A stretch of DNA of 64,000 nt from an uncultured Gemmatimonadales bacterium (GCA_963779755.1 CAVZZO010000003.1:960001-1024000); one strand, 5' to 3'. Positions 1 through 9,594 are shown, numbered from the stretch's first letter. Numbers and translations: made by a program. The notes: generated from the sequence alone by a model not told the origin.

Positions 1-888
1 GGCCTCACGGCCCGGCGGACGGCGCAGGATGAGCGACAACTGCCGGTAGGCGGCGGCCTGCTTGGAGAGGTCGTCGTAGACGCAGAGGGTGGCCTTCCCC
101 TCGGTGTACATGAAATGCTCCGCCATGGCGCAGCCGGCGTAGGGCGCGATGTACTGCAGCGGGGCCGGATCGGAAGCGCTGGCCATCACGACGATGGTGT
201 AGTCCATGGCGCCGTGCTCCTTGAGCCGCTCCACGACCGTCGCTACCGTGCTGCGCTTCTGGCCGATCGCCACATAGACGCAGATAACCCCGTTGTTCTT
301 CTGATTGACGATCGTGTCCACCGCGATCGCCGTCTTGCCGGTGCCGCGGTCGCCGATGATCAGCTCGCGCTGGCCCCGCCCGATCGGGATCATGGAATCG
401 ATGGCCTTGATGCCGGTCTGCAGCGGCTCCTTCACCGGCTGCCGCACGATGATCCCGGGGGCAACCATCTCCACCGGGCGCGCGCCCTCGGCCTTGATGG
501 GGCCCCGGCCGTCCACCGGCCGGCCCAGCGCATCGACCACGCGGCCCAGCAGGGCGCTGCCCACCGGCACCTCCAGCAGCCGGCCCGTGGTGCGGACCTC
601 GTCGCCTTCCTTCAGCTTGAGGTAGTCGCCCATGATGGCGGCGCCGACGTTGTCTTCTTCGAGATTGAGCACCAGGCCGGTGACGGTCTCGCCCGTCTCC
701 GAGCTGGTGAACTCGAGCATCTCGCTGGCTATGGCCGACTTGAGACCGTAGATCCGGGCGATGCCGTCGCGCACCTCGAGCACGGTGCCGACCTCTTTGA
801 CGTCCACCGAGCCGAGCTCGGCGGCCTCGATTTCCCGGAGCAGGACTTCCTTGAGCTCACCGGGCCGGAGAATGGATTCTGTCGCCAT
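1..888 (-). CDS. atpA: F1F0 ATP synthase subunit alpha, 5' part (runs off window start)
   Basis: Manual translation from ATG at 888: [21 protein letters not shown]...[18 protein letters not shown]; later [18 protein letters not shown] (Walker A) and [16 protein letters not shown]. Absent from the ORF track because it is truncated. Confidence 0.97.
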   Translation of the reverse strand, partial: MATESILRPGELKEVLLREIEAAELGSVDVKEVGTVLEVRDGIARIYGLKSAIASEMLEFTSSETGETVTGLVLNLEEDNVGAAIMGDYLKLKEGDEVRTTGRLLEVPVGSALLGRVVDALGRPVDGRGPIKAEGARPVEMVAPGIIVRQPVKEPLQTGIKAIDSMIPIGRGQRELIIGDRGTGKTAIAVDTIVNQKNNGVICVYVAIGQKRSTVATVVERLKEHGAMDYTIVVMASASDPAPLQYIAPYAGCAMAEHFMYTEGKATLCVYDDLSKQAAAYRQLSLILRRPPGREA

Positions 889-932
889 GGGCTGTACGCG
901 AATGGTGGCTGGAAACCTGTTTCGGGTTTAGC

Positions 933-950
933 TTGTGAAAAATATCACAA
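933..950. promoter_or_regulatory. Rex-type (or CRP/FNR-family) palindromic operator upstream of atpA
   Basis: TTGTGAAAAATATCACAA has one mismatch to the Rex consensus TTGTGAAnnnnTTCACAA and lies 45 bp upstream of the atpA start in an AT-rich patch. Confidence 0.7.
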
Positions 951-996
951 TCCCTTCATCGCCGCCACCCCTGCCCCCCCCTCAACCGCTTCCCCG

Positions 997-1117
997 GGAT
1001 GAGGAATCAGGAATCAGGGACAACGGGCGGTCTAATGTAGCGAGTCGGCAGGGATTTCGGGTGGTAGGAACCAGAGACCACGCGCACATTGCCCTTCATT
1101 CCCGATTCCCGATTCCT
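997..1117. repeat. Facing heptamer arrays (GGAATCA)n ... (GATTCCC)n
   Basis: gaggaatcaggaatcaggga at ~1001-1020 and cattcccgattcccgattcc at ~1097-1116. Confidence 0.6.
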
Positions 1118-1145
1118 CCATCCCTGATTATATACCACCGGCTCA

Positions 1146-2918
1146 ATGAACCGGATCGATTTCAGAACGGCGGCGCGCGCCGTCCCACTCACCGTCAACC
1201 GCATGAGCGACCGGCTGGTCCAGTTGCTCATCCGTCTGGGCATCGGCGAGCACACCCTCCTGCTCGCCATCGCGGCCCTGGTCGGGGTTCTTGCCGGCTT
1301 CGCCATCGTCGGGTTCTACCGGCTGATCGATCTGGGTACGGCGCTGGTCCAGCATATCGCGGTATGGCTCAGCCTGCCCGAGGCCCTGGTGACCGGCGTG
1401 ATGATCGCCGCCGGGCTGGCCATTGTCCGGGTCATCATCCGCTACGGCACTCATGACAGCCCGGGCGAAAACATCCCGGACGTCATGCACGCGGTGGCCC
1501 GCCGGGGCGGCATCCTCAAACCCTGGCCGGTGGCCCTCAAGATCATTGCGGCCGCCATCACCATCGCCAGCGGCGGCTCGGTCGGGGCGGAAGGCCCGGT
1601 CGCGGTACTGGGCGCCGGCATGGGCAGCGCCACCGGGCAATGGTTCAACTTCCGCACCAACCGGCTCCGGCTCCTGGTAGGCTGCGGCGCGGCGGCCGGC
1701 ATCTCCGGCGCATTCGGCGCCCCGATCGGGGGCGTTTTCTTTGCCATCGAGAAGATCCTGGGCGGCTACCGGACCACCTCCCTTGCCGCCATCGTGGTCT
1801 CCAGCGTTTCCGCCGCCGCGGTGACCCGCAACCTGCTCGGCGCCGACCAGGTCATCCGCATCCCGGTAGCGTACGTCGTCCGCACCAACAGCGACCTGGC
1901 GATCTACGCGCTGGTGGGCCTCCTGGGCGGCATCGTATCGGTGCTCTACAACCGCGGCGTCTGGCGGCTGGGCGACCTGCTGGGCAAGCTGCCCGAGTGG
2001 TGGCGGCTCCTGCTGGCGGCGGCCCTGGTGGGGCTGCTCAGCGCCCAGTTCGATCCCGCCCTCTGGGGCCGGGGCCACCAGAGCCTCGACCTCGGCGCCG
2101 TGCTGGGCAACTCGGCCGGCGTGCTCTTCGCGCTGTCCATGGCCAAGATCGCCGCCACGGCACTCACCCTGGGCGGCGGCGGCGTGGGCGGGGTATTCAC
2201 GCCGGCGCTGGTGGTGGGCGGCACCTTCGGCAGCGCCATCGGTGTCGCCCTCGCCACCCTGTTCCCCCAGGCCGGCATTCAGCCGGTCGCGTTCGGCCTG
2301 GTGGGCATGGCCGCGGTGGTGGCGGGCTCGGCCCATGCGCCGCTCACGGCGATTTTCATCGTTCTGGAGATCACCAACGATTACGGGCTGATCCTGCCCC
2401 TGCTGCTGGCGGGAAGCCTGGCGTATGTGGTGGCGCGGCGAATATACCCGGAATCCATTTACTCCGAATGGCTGGCGCGTCGCGGCGAGTATATCAGCCA
2501 CGGCGCCGACGAAGCCGTGTTGCGCCAGCTTACGGTGGCCGACGCTTACCGCAGCGACCCGATCATCGCCCATGCCGATGAAACGGTGGAACGCTCGCTG
2601 TCGGTGCTGCGGCACAGCGGCCAGCTGGAATTCCCGGTGGTGGATTCCGAGAACGTCCTCATCGGCGTGCTCACCTGGACCGACATCAAGAAGATGCTGG
2701 CCGACTATACCAAGCAGGCCAACGTCCGGATCCGCGACCTGGCCAGCCCGACCATCGAAGGCGTCACCCTGGACGATTCGCTCCTCACCGCCCTGCGCCG
2801 GTTGGGCGCCCGCGACGCCCAGCTGCTTCCGGTGGTGGACGCGCACGCGCCCAACCACCTCCGGGGCGTCATCGGCCGGGGCGAGATCTTCGCGGCCTAC
2901 GAGCGCGAGCTGGGGTAG
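1146..2918 (+). CDS. ClC-family chloride/anion channel or transporter with C-terminal CBS pair
   Basis: Multi-TM protein with GGSVGAEGP, GAAAGISGAFGAPIGG, GGVFTP and ESIY motifs plus two CBS domains. Confidence 0.93.
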   Translation: MNRIDFRTAARAVPLTVNRMSDRLVQLLIRLGIGEHTLLLAIAALVGVLAGFAIVGFYRLIDLGTALVQHIAVWLSLPEALVTGVMIAAGLAIVRVIIRYGTHDSPGENIPDVMHAVARRGGILKPWPVALKIIAAAITIASGGSVGAEGPVAVLGAGMGSATGQWFNFRTNRLRLLVGCGAAAGISGAFGAPIGGVFFAIEKILGGYRTTSLAAIVVSSVSAAAVTRNLLGADQVIRIPVAYVVRTNSDLAIYALVGLLGGIVSVLYNRGVWRLGDLLGKLPEWWRLLLAAALVGLLSAQFDPALWGRGHQSLDLGAVLGNSAGVLFALSMAKIAATALTLGGGGVGGVFTPALVVGGTFGSAIGVALATLFPQAGIQPVAFGLVGMAAVVAGSAHAPLTAIFIVLEITNDYGLILPLLLAGSLAYVVARRIYPESIYSEWLARRGEYISHGADEAVLRQLTVADAYRSDPIIAHADETVERSLSVLRHSGQLEFPVVDSENVLIGVLTWTDIKKMLADYTKQANVRIRDLASPTIEGVTLDDSLLTALRRLGARDAQLLPVVDAHAPNHLRGVIGRGEIFAAYERELG

Positions 2919-2920
2919 GG

Positions 2921-3012
2921 GCCGTTCCTCGACGACCTCGACCCCTTCGACCCCTTCGACCCCCACAGGCAGGTGGAGAGGGTCGAGACGGTCAAGGGGG
3001 TCGAGGAACGGC
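2921..3012. repeat. Nonamer-based inverted repeat between convergent genes (possible bidirectional terminator)
   Basis: ccgttcc(TCGACnnCy)x4 faces (GGTCrAGrn)x3-gaacgg; the outer arms ccgttcctcgac/gtcgaggaacgg are perfect complements. Confidence 0.75.
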
Positions 3013-3014
3013 TC

Positions 3015-3776
3015 CTATCTGCTTCGCATCTTCCCTTTCACAAATCCCGCCAGCACTCCCGCGGGCCCCAGGGCGCCCAGGCGGCTCGCGGCCCGGCCGC
3101 ACACGCGCCGGGCGGTGGCGCTGAGATGGCTGGCCGAAGTGAAATGCAGCAACCGGGCGACATCGGCCGCGCTATAGGCAAGACTGGCCAGAAGCTGCGC
3201 GGCACAGACCACCCGGGTGAGATCGATCACCCGCTTGAGATGCGGGGCGCCGCCGGCGGCGAACTGGCGGGAGAGGTGCTCGCGGGAGACCCTCAGCGTG
3301 CGCGCCACTTCCCGGGTGCGCAGCGGCCGCTCGACCCTGGTGACCAGCAGCTCCCAGACGGACTGCTGCAGCGGCTCGGTGAGCCGAAGCATCCGCGGCG
3401 CCGCCGCCAGTGCCCGCCGGCGCAGGCCGGTGAGGGCGATCCGCTGCACCAGATGGGGGAGCACGGCGTCGTCCACACCGGCCACCGCCACCCCGGCAAT
3501 CTCCCGCCACGAGGCGAAAAGCTGCGCGCCGTCATCCGGCCGGAAGGCCCCATAGAGCACCACCGGCAGATGGCCCCAGCGCCGGCGCAGGTCCCGCAGC
3601 GCTGCCGGTGGCAGGGTGTGCGGACTGGCAATGAGCGCTTCCACGATCCCATCGGCCAGCCGCCGTTCCAGCGCCGCCGCCGAGCGGCAGGCGGAGACGC
3701 GCAGCCCCGTCTTGCGTAGCGCCAGCCGAAGCTCGGGAGGGGCGGGAGTGTCGAGGAGGGTGGCGTAGAGGGGCAT
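3015..3776 (-). CDS. AraC-family HTH transcriptional regulator
   Basis: C-terminal double HTH (VARTLRVSREHLSRQF...VARLLHFTSASHLS) and a receiver-like N-terminus. Confidence 0.8.
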   Translation of the reverse strand: MPLYATLLDTPAPPELRLALRKTGLRVSACRSAAALERRLADGIVEALIASPHTLPPAALRDLRRRWGHLPVVLYGAFRPDDGAQLFASWREIAGVAVAGVDDAVLPHLVQRIALTGLRRRALAAAPRMLRLTEPLQQSVWELLVTRVERPLRTREVARTLRVSREHLSRQFAAGGAPHLKRVIDLTRVVCAAQLLASLAYSAADVARLLHFTSASHLSATARRVCGRAASRLGALGPAGVLAGFVKGKMRSR

Positions 3777-3843
3777 GGCCCCTACCGGCAGGATCGTGCA
3801 GGGGTCGAAGACCGAAGGTCGAAGGTCGGCTCTTGACCCGGAA

Positions 3844-4332
3844 TCATTCCGTCCGCGGGGCGGCGACCGGCTGCCGGGGACGGCCCGCCCCGACGGCCAC
3901 CAGCGTCCGGCACATCTCGCCGGCGCGGCGGAGCACGCCCCGGGCGTTGTCGTAGCTCAGCAGTTCCTGCGCCGCCTCGAAGCTGCACCAGCGGCAGGCG
4001 GTGATCCCTTCCTCCGCCTGTGGCGCCGGCTCGCCCCGGGGGCTCTCCAGCAGAAAGAAATGGCAGTACTTGTGGATCAGGCGGCCGCGGAAGCGGAAGT
4101 ACCAGTCGATGATCCGGATGGGGCCGTGGAGGGTAAGCTCGATCAGGCCGGTTTCCTCGGTGGTTTCGCGCACCGCGGCCACGGCCGGCGACTCGCCGTC
4201 TTCCAGGTGGCCCTTGGGGAAGCCCCAGTTGTCGTAGGCATCGCGAATGAGGAGCACGCGGAACTCGCGCCCCTCCCGGCGGAACACGATGCCGCCGGCG
4301 CTGACCTCGCGTTGCGCATGCCGCTTGCCCAT
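3844..4332 (-). CDS. NUDIX hydrolase (Ap4A-hydrolase-like)
   Basis: Nudix box WGFPKGHLEDGESPAVAAVRETTEETG. Confidence 0.93.
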   Translation of the reverse strand: MGKRHAQREVSAGGIVFRREGREFRVLLIRDAYDNWGFPKGHLEDGESPAVAAVRETTEETGLIELTLHGPIRIIDWYFRFRGRLIHKYCHFFLLESPRGEPAPQAEEGITACRWCSFEAAQELLSYDNARGVLRRAGEMCRTLVAVGAGRPRQPVAAPRTE

Positions 4333-5339
4333 CAGAAGACCGAGAACTTGAAGTACTTGCGGGGATTGGCCTGGATGTCGGCGATGAGCTTCCGCAGCTC
4401 CACCACTGCGAGCGTGGTCTGCTGGTAGAGCGCCGAGTCGGCCGAGAGCATGCCGAGGGTCCCCTGCCCGGCCTCAATCCGGGAGAAGGTGGAATCGGCC
4501 GCGGCGAGCACCCGGACCACGCTCACGTCGTTGGCTCGAAGCGTCGCCGCCAGCGCCCGGAGATCGGCCGCGGTCTGCCGCAGGTTGACGGCGATGTCCC
4601 GGGTGGAGTTCATGATTTCGCCCAGTTGCCCCTCCTCGGTGGCGGAATCGACTCGAGCCAGGGTCCGGTCGAGGCTGCGGGAGGCGCCCTGAAAGGAGTG
4701 GGCGCTGGCGGTCACCTGCTGGGTCAACTGGTCCATGCTGCCGGACTGGCGCTGCACGAACGCCCGCAACTCCTCCGCGATCCCGGAAAAGTCCTTGAGG
4801 GTGCCGCGCAGGTCGGCCACCGCACTGGAATCGAAGGTGTTCTCCACCCGGTCGGCCAGGGCGGCGATGTCGCTGGCGATCCGGCTGGCCTGGGCGGTCA
4901 GCTGGCCCACATCGGGGAGGGTGGCGCCGGGCCATTCCGGGCCGCCCGGCCGCGCCGCCTCCAGCAACATGTAGCGCACGGTGGGGTCCTGCTGGGTCTG
5001 GTCGGCGGAGATAATCTCCGCGGCCCACTCGCCAAACAGGCTGGACGAGGCCGCGATCACCGCGGGGCGCGCGGGTAGCTCCACATCGGTGTGGACCTTG
5101 AAATCGGCCTCCACCCAGCCGTCGTCGGTCAGCCGGATGGCCTGCACCCGGCCCACGGTGACGCCGCGCAGGGTGACCGGCGCGCCGACATTGAGCCCGC
5201 CCACCGTCTGGAAGCGCGCGGTGTAGATCCGGTCCTTCTTGCCGATGTTGGTCTGGCTGAGCCAGAGGGCCGCGGCGATCACCAGGATGATCGCCGCCAC
5301 CGCCGACACGCCGACCAGGAATTCGTTGCTCCGCTTCAT
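4332..5339 (-). CDS. mlaD: MlaD/MCE-family periplasmic protein
   Basis: N-terminal TM, MCE motif GGLNVGAPVTLRGVTVGRV, helical tail ending NPRKYFKFSVF; follows mlaE/mlaF. Confidence 0.9.
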   Translation of the reverse strand: MKRSNEFLVGVSAVAAIILVIAAALWLSQTNIGKKDRIYTARFQTVGGLNVGAPVTLRGVTVGRVQAIRLTDDGWVEADFKVHTDVELPARPAVIAASSSLFGEWAAEIISADQTQQDPTVRYMLLEAARPGGPEWPGATLPDVGQLTAQASRIASDIAALADRVENTFDSSAVADLRGTLKDFSGIAEELRAFVQRQSGSMDQLTQQVTASAHSFQGASRSLDRTLARVDSATEEGQLGEIMNSTRDIAVNLRQTAADLRALAATLRANDVSVVRVLAAADSTFSRIEAGQGTLGMLSADSALYQQTTLAVVELRKLIADIQANPRKYFKFSVF

Positions 5340-6103
5340 GCCCCCCTCGCCGGCAGAACCGTCTCGGACTCGCTGGGGGGCGTGGGCCGCCCCTCCAGAA
5401 ACTGCCGCACCGCCGGGTCCGTGCTCGCGCGCATCTCCTCCACCGTACCGACCTGCCGGATGGAGCCCTGGTACAGCAGGGCGAGGCGGTCGCCGACGGT
5501 GAAAGCGCTGCGGAGGTCGTGAGTCACCACCAGGCTGGTGATCGCCAGCTCCCGCCGCGTCGTCACCATGAGCTGGTCGATGACCGCCGCGGTCACGGGA
5601 TCGAGGCCGGTGGTCGGCTCGTCGTACAGAATGTAGCGCGGCCGGAGCGCGATCGCGCGGGCGATGCCCACCCGCTTGCGCATCCCGCCCGACAGCTCGG
5701 CCGGGTAGCGGTCGTCGGCCCCGGCCAGATCCACCCGTGCCAGGCTTTCGCGGATGCGCTCCCGTATGGTCTCATCGTCCAGGCCGCGCCGGGCGAGGCC
5801 CAGACGGATGTTCTCCGCCACGGTCATGGAATCGAAGAGGGCGGCAAACTGGAACACCACCCCGATCTCCCCCCGGAGCGCGGACAGGTCGTCCCGCCCC
5901 AGCTCGTGCACCACGCGGTCGTCCACCAGCACCCGGCCCGCATCCGGGGTGAGCAACCCGCAGGCCAGCTTGAGGGCGACGCTCTTGCCGGTACCGGAAT
6001 AGCCCAGCAGCACCAGCGCCTCGCCGTCCCGCACCGTGAGGTCGAAGCCGTCGAGCACCACCTTGGGGCCGAAGGCCTTGGCGACGCGGTCGAAGACGAT
6101 CAC
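5336..6103 (-). CDS. mlaF: MlaF-type ABC transporter ATP-binding protein
   Basis: GTG start overlaps the mlaE stop; Walker A GYSGTGKS, LSGGMRKRVGIARA, YDEPTTGLDP. Confidence 0.92.
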   Translation of the reverse strand: MIVFDRVAKAFGPKVVLDGFDLTVRDGEALVLLGYSGTGKSVALKLACGLLTPDAGRVLVDDRVVHELGRDDLSALRGEIGVVFQFAALFDSMTVAENIRLGLARRGLDDETIRERIRESLARVDLAGADDRYPAELSGGMRKRVGIARAIALRPRYILYDEPTTGLDPVTAAVIDQLMVTTRRELAITSLVVTHDLRSAFTVGDRLALLYQGSIRQVGTVEEMRASTDPAVRQFLEGRPTPPSESETVLPARGA

Positions 6104-6861
6104 AACAGCACCAGCGCCCAGAATGCGTCCAGCACCAGGATCGCCTCGCAGGCGATCACCACCGCCCGGGTGGTGGAGCGGCCCACCCCCTCCGCACCGC
6201 CGCGGGTGGCCAGGCCCATGAAGCAGCCCGCGAGGGTGACGGCCGCGCCGAAGCTCGCGCTCTTCAGCAGCCCGAACCACACGTCCTTGAACTGGTAGAA
6301 GATGCGAAGCCCCTTGACGAACTCGGGCGTGGAGAGGTCGAGCAGATTGACCGCCGTAACCCAGCCGGCCGCGACCCCCACGGCCATGGCGAAGGCCGTA
6401 ATCACCGGGAACATGAGCGTGCCGGCCAGGACACGGGGGACGACGAGGTAGGCAATGGGATCGTAGGCCAGGGTTTCCAGCGCATCCACCTGCTCGGTGA
6501 CGCGCATGGTGCCCACCTCGGCGGCGATGTTGGCCCCCACCCGGCCGGCCAGCGCGAGGCCGGTCAGGACCGGCCCCAGCTCCATCATGATGGTCTTGCC
6601 CACCAGGGCCCCGACAAAGTAGAGGGGGACCGCCCCGGTGAAGATGTAGGAGGAGAGCAGGGCCAGCACGATGCCGGTAAAGACCGCGATGAAAAGCGCG
6701 ATCGGCACCGAGTCCACTCCCAACCGCCGCATTTGCGCGATGAGGAGAGGAGCCCACGTAGTGATATCGCTGAGAGCGCGGACCGCGTCGATGATCCCCG
6801 CACCCAAGCGGGTGAGGACACCGCGCGGCCCGCCCGGGCGTGCGGCCAGAGCCGTGGTCAC
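6100..6861 (-). CDS. mlaE: MlaE-type ABC transporter permease
   Basis: ELGPVLTGLALAGRVGANIAAEVGTMRVTEQVDALETL and GGAEGVGRSTTRAVV motifs. Confidence 0.93.
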   Translation of the reverse strand: MTTALAARPGGPRGVLTRLGAGIIDAVRALSDITTWAPLLIAQMRRLGVDSVPIALFIAVFTGIVLALLSSYIFTGAVPLYFVGALVGKTIMMELGPVLTGLALAGRVGANIAAEVGTMRVTEQVDALETLAYDPIAYLVVPRVLAGTLMFPVITAFAMAVGVAAGWVTAVNLLDLSTPEFVKGLRIFYQFKDVWFGLLKSASFGAAVTLAGCFMGLATRGGAEGVGRSTTRAVVIACEAILVLDAFWALVLL

Positions 6862-6937
6862 CCGGGGAAGTTACGGGATCGCCGGAAGGGTGTAAAGAAC
6901 GGGAAGAGGGAAAGGGGAAGAGGGGAACGGGCAAGGC

Positions 6938-8023
6938 TCAGGCCGCGAAGCTGGCCAGCGCCCTCCCCACGTCGCCCTCGCGCAGCCGCTTGAGCGCCCG
7001 GTCGCGCAGCTGGCGCACGCGCTCGCGGGTGACGCCCAGCATGCCGCCGATCTCTTCCAGGGTGTGTTCCCGCCCGCCGTCGAGGCCGAAGTAGAGCCGC
7101 AGGACCCTGGCATCGCGCGGCGGCAGGGTGGCCAGGGCGGTTTCGATCTCTTCGGAGAGGAACCGATCCATGGCTTCTTCTTCGGCATCGCCCTGGTCCT
7201 CGGCGATGAAGCGGTCGATCAGGGAGCGGTCGCCCTCGGGATCGAGGGGCGCGTCGAGCCGGACGTCGGCGGTATTGAGCGCCGCCAGCGACTGCACCAC
7301 GTCCAGCGACAGCCCGGTGCTGTGCGCGATCTCCTCGGGCGTGGGCTCGCGGCGCAGCTCCTGGCGCAACGCCTCGGAGGTGCGGATGATGCGCGAGAGG
7401 TCGGCCGTGCGGTTGAGCGGGACGCGCACCGTGCGCCCCTGCCGGGCCAGGGAGGCGAGAATCGCCTGGCGGATCCACCACACCGCATAGCTGATGAACT
7501 TGACTCCCTGATCAGGATCGAACTTCCGTGCCGCCGTCATCAGGCCGACGTTGCCCTCCCCGATCAGATCGGTGAGGGCCAGGCCGCGGTTCTGGTACTT
7601 CTTGGCCACGGAAATGACGAAGCGGAGATTGCGCTTGACCAGTTCCTGCATCGCCTCCTGGTCGCCCGACTGCACCCGTCGGGCGATGGCGATCTCCTGC
7701 GGCTGGGTCAGCAGGGGCGTCTTGCTGACTTCGTAGAGATACTGGTCGAGGATGTCGCGATCGGCATCGTAGACGCCCAGGCTCCTGGCCGTCTCCCGCT
7801 TGGCCTTGCGCTTGCGGGGCGAGGGGATGTCGCGCAGGATATCCGCCAGCGAGGTGCCGTCGGGGAAGCGCACCGCGGATTCCTCGATCGGGGTCATTCC
7901 GCCACCGCCGGGCGTGCCCGCGCCCGAGGCGGGGACCGGCTCCGGCGCGGGCGGCTGCTCTGCGCGGTGGGAGCCGGCGCGACCCGCACCGGACTTGGCA
8001 TCCCTGGAGGACTTCTTTTTCAT
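6938..8023 (-). CDS. RNA polymerase sigma-70 factor, RpoD/SigA/RpoS group (start uncertain)
   Basis: Region 1.2 (LDQYLYEV), region 2 (NLRFVISVAKKY...KFISYAVWWIRQAI), region 3 and region 4 (TLEEIG...VTRERVRQL). Confidence 0.93.
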   Translation of the reverse strand: MKKKSSRDAKSGAGRAGSHRAEQPPAPEPVPASGAGTPGGGGMTPIEESAVRFPDGTSLADILRDIPSPRKRKAKRETARSLGVYDADRDILDQYLYEVSKTPLLTQPQEIAIARRVQSGDQEAMQELVKRNLRFVISVAKKYQNRGLALTDLIGEGNVGLMTAARKFDPDQGVKFISYAVWWIRQAILASLARQGRTVRVPLNRTADLSRIIRTSEALRQELRREPTPEEIAHSTGLSLDVVQSLAALNTADVRLDAPLDPEGDRSLIDRFIAEDQGDAEEEAMDRFLSEEIETALATLPPRDARVLRLYFGLDGGREHTLEEIGGMLGVTRERVRQLRDRALKRLREGDVGRALASFAA

Positions 8024-8070
8024 CAAAGGCGTTCCTACTGCGAAACGGATGCCAGAGGGTGCATCCGTGC

Positions 8071-8099
8071 TTGACACTCGTTCAGCCGGAAACTAGCTT
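8071..8099 (+). promoter_or_regulatory. Sigma-70 promoter for tRNA-Ala
   Basis: TTGACA-N17-TAGCTT. Confidence 0.7.
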
Positions 8100-8143
8100 C
8101 TCGTGCTCGCCCGACTCCGCTTTCTCGGGCGCGCTAATATAAT

Positions 8144-8216
8144 GGGGGCGTAGCTCAGTTGGGAGAGCGCGTGAATGGCATTCACGAGGTCAGGGGTTCG
8201 ACCCCCCTCGCCTCCA
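8144..8216 (+). tRNA. tRNA-Ala(GGC)
   Basis: Cloverleaf with anticodon GGC, G3:U70 identity pair and TTCGA T-loop. Confidence 0.96.
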
Positions 8217-8264
8217 CTGAGGGCGGATGGGTGGTCAGCCGGTCGGGCAGTCGGTGGATAGCAA

Positions 8265-8293
8265 TTGCATGCCTCAGGCGTGCACGCTAGAAT
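8265..8293 (+). promoter_or_regulatory. Sigma-70 promoter for the tRNA-Gly/fMet/Val/Arg cluster
   Basis: TTGCAT-N17-TAGAAT, 12 bp before tRNA-Gly. Confidence 0.7.
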
Positions 8294-8305
8294 CCCGGTG
8301 GCCAC

Positions 8306-8378
8306 GCGGGAATAGCTCAGTTGGTAGAGCACAACCTTGCCAAGGTTGGGGTCGCGGGTTCGAGTCCCGTTTCCCGCT
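8306..8378 (+). tRNA. tRNA-Gly(GCC)
   Basis: GCGGGAA/TTCCCGC acceptor stem, anticodon GCC. Confidence 0.97.
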
Positions 8379-8416
8379 CTCGCAAGACGGCAGGACGGCA
8401 GGATGGCAGGTAACGG

Positions 8417-8490
8417 CGCGGGGTGGAGCAGTCTGGTAGCTCGCCGGGCTCATAACCCGGAGGTCGTGGGTTCAAATCCCACCCCCGCTA
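8417..8490 (+). tRNA. Initiator tRNA-fMet(CAT)
   Basis: Anticodon CAT, three G-C pairs in the anticodon stem, unpaired C1:U72. Confidence 0.96.
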
Positions 8491-8492
8491 TT

Positions 8493-8580
8493 GGCGGTAA
8501 GGGCGGTACCGGCGGTAAGGGCGGTAGGGAACTCGTTGCGCTGCGACGACGTCTCTACCGCCCTTCCCGCCCCTACCGCC
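8493..8580. repeat. Nonamer inverted array (GGCGGTAnn)x4 ... (nnTACCGCC)x3 in the tRNA spacer
   Basis: ggcggtaag ggcggtacc ggcggtaag ggcggtagg faces ctaccgccc ttcccgccc ctaccgcc. Confidence 0.75.
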
Positions 8581-8591
8581 GCGCCCCGCTT

Positions 8592-8665
8592 GGGCGGTTA
8601 GCTCAGTTGGTTAGAGCGCCACGTTGACATCGTGGAGGCCACAAGTTCGAGTCTTGTACCGCCCA
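8592..8665 (+). tRNA. tRNA-Val(GAC)
   Basis: GGGCGGT/ACCGCCC acceptor stem, anticodon GAC. Confidence 0.96.
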
Positions 8666-8666
8666 T

Positions 8667-8740
8667 GCGCTCTTAGCTCAATTGGATAGAGCATCTGACT
8701 ACGGATCAGAAGGTTGGGGGTTCGAGTCCCTCAGAGCGCG
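8667..8740 (+). tRNA. tRNA-Arg(ACG)
   Basis: GCGCTCT/AGAGCGC acceptor stem, anticodon ACG; 1 nt after tRNA-Val. Confidence 0.96.
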
Positions 8741-9052
8741 CTTGACGCGGCACTCGTGTAACTGACGCCCCGGGGCCACAGCGGAAGCCACGGCCCCGGG
8801 GGTGCGTGGCTTCCGGACAGCGCGACGGACGGCTACCGGCCGCGCTCATCGGATGACGAACGCAGCCGGCCAGGGGGTTATCCCCCAACCGGGGGCCCCA
8901 CCGCGCTTCGCGTTTTCCTGTCCCGCTGTTTTCCCGAAGCTTCTTATCCCCTCCCCTGAGACCCTGCAGGCCCGCTACGCCGACCCCCGGTTGATTTCCT
9001 CCCTGAGGCACCGCAGTTTCCGCCCCCGTCAACTCACCCCGGGGCGCCCTCC

Positions 9053-9571
9053 GTGAGCCACACCGTCATCATCATCCTGCGTATCCTGCACATCGGGGCC
9101 GGCGTGTTCTGGGCCGGCGCCGTCTTCTTCCTGGCACGATTCCTGGGGCCCACCGCGGACAAGCTGGGTATCGCCGCGGCCCCGGTGATGCGGGAACTGG
9201 TCGAGGTGCGCCGGCTCAACGCCGCCCTCGCCGGCTCGGCCGTCATCACGGTAGTCGCCGGGACATTACTCTACTGGAACAACGTTGCGGCCTCCCATGG
9301 CGCCTGGGCTCGTTCGAGACCGGGCCAGGTCTTCGGCCTCGGGGCCGCGTGCGCGGTCGTAGCGCTGGTGATCGGCGCAACGGTCAACTCGCCCACCGCT
9401 GCGCGGATGACGAAACTCGTCGCCTCGGTGCAAAGCGCGGGCGACCCACCGTCGGCCGGGCAGCAGGCGGAGATGCAGCGCCTGCAGCGCCGGCTGGCGG
9501 GCGCGACAGGGATCGTGGCGGTCCTGCTTGCGGTGACCGTCCTCGCCATGGCGAGCGCCCGCTACCTGTAA
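9053..9571 (+). CDS. Four-TM membrane protein of unknown function
   Basis: [14 protein letters not shown] start typical of DUF2269/CopD-like membrane proteins; four hydrophobic segments. Confidence 0.75.
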   Translation: MSHTVIIILRILHIGAGVFWAGAVFFLARFLGPTADKLGIAAAPVMRELVEVRRLNAALAGSAVITVVAGTLLYWNNVAASHGAWARSRPGQVFGLGAACAVVALVIGATVNSPTAARMTKLVASVQSAGDPPSAGQQAEMQRLQRRLAGATGIVAVLLAVTVLAMASARYL

Positions 9572-9594
9572 CAGCGGATCGAAAGGCAGGGATC

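Noticed and set aside
115..1002. 295-aa plus-strand ORF
   Set aside because: It is the antisense shadow of atpA. The same applies to most long Arg/Pro/Ala-rich overlapping ORFs in this high-GC sequence.
5336..6934. 532-aa extended ABC ATPase
   Set aside because: The N-terminal half overlaps mlaE out of frame; the real start is the GTG at 6103.
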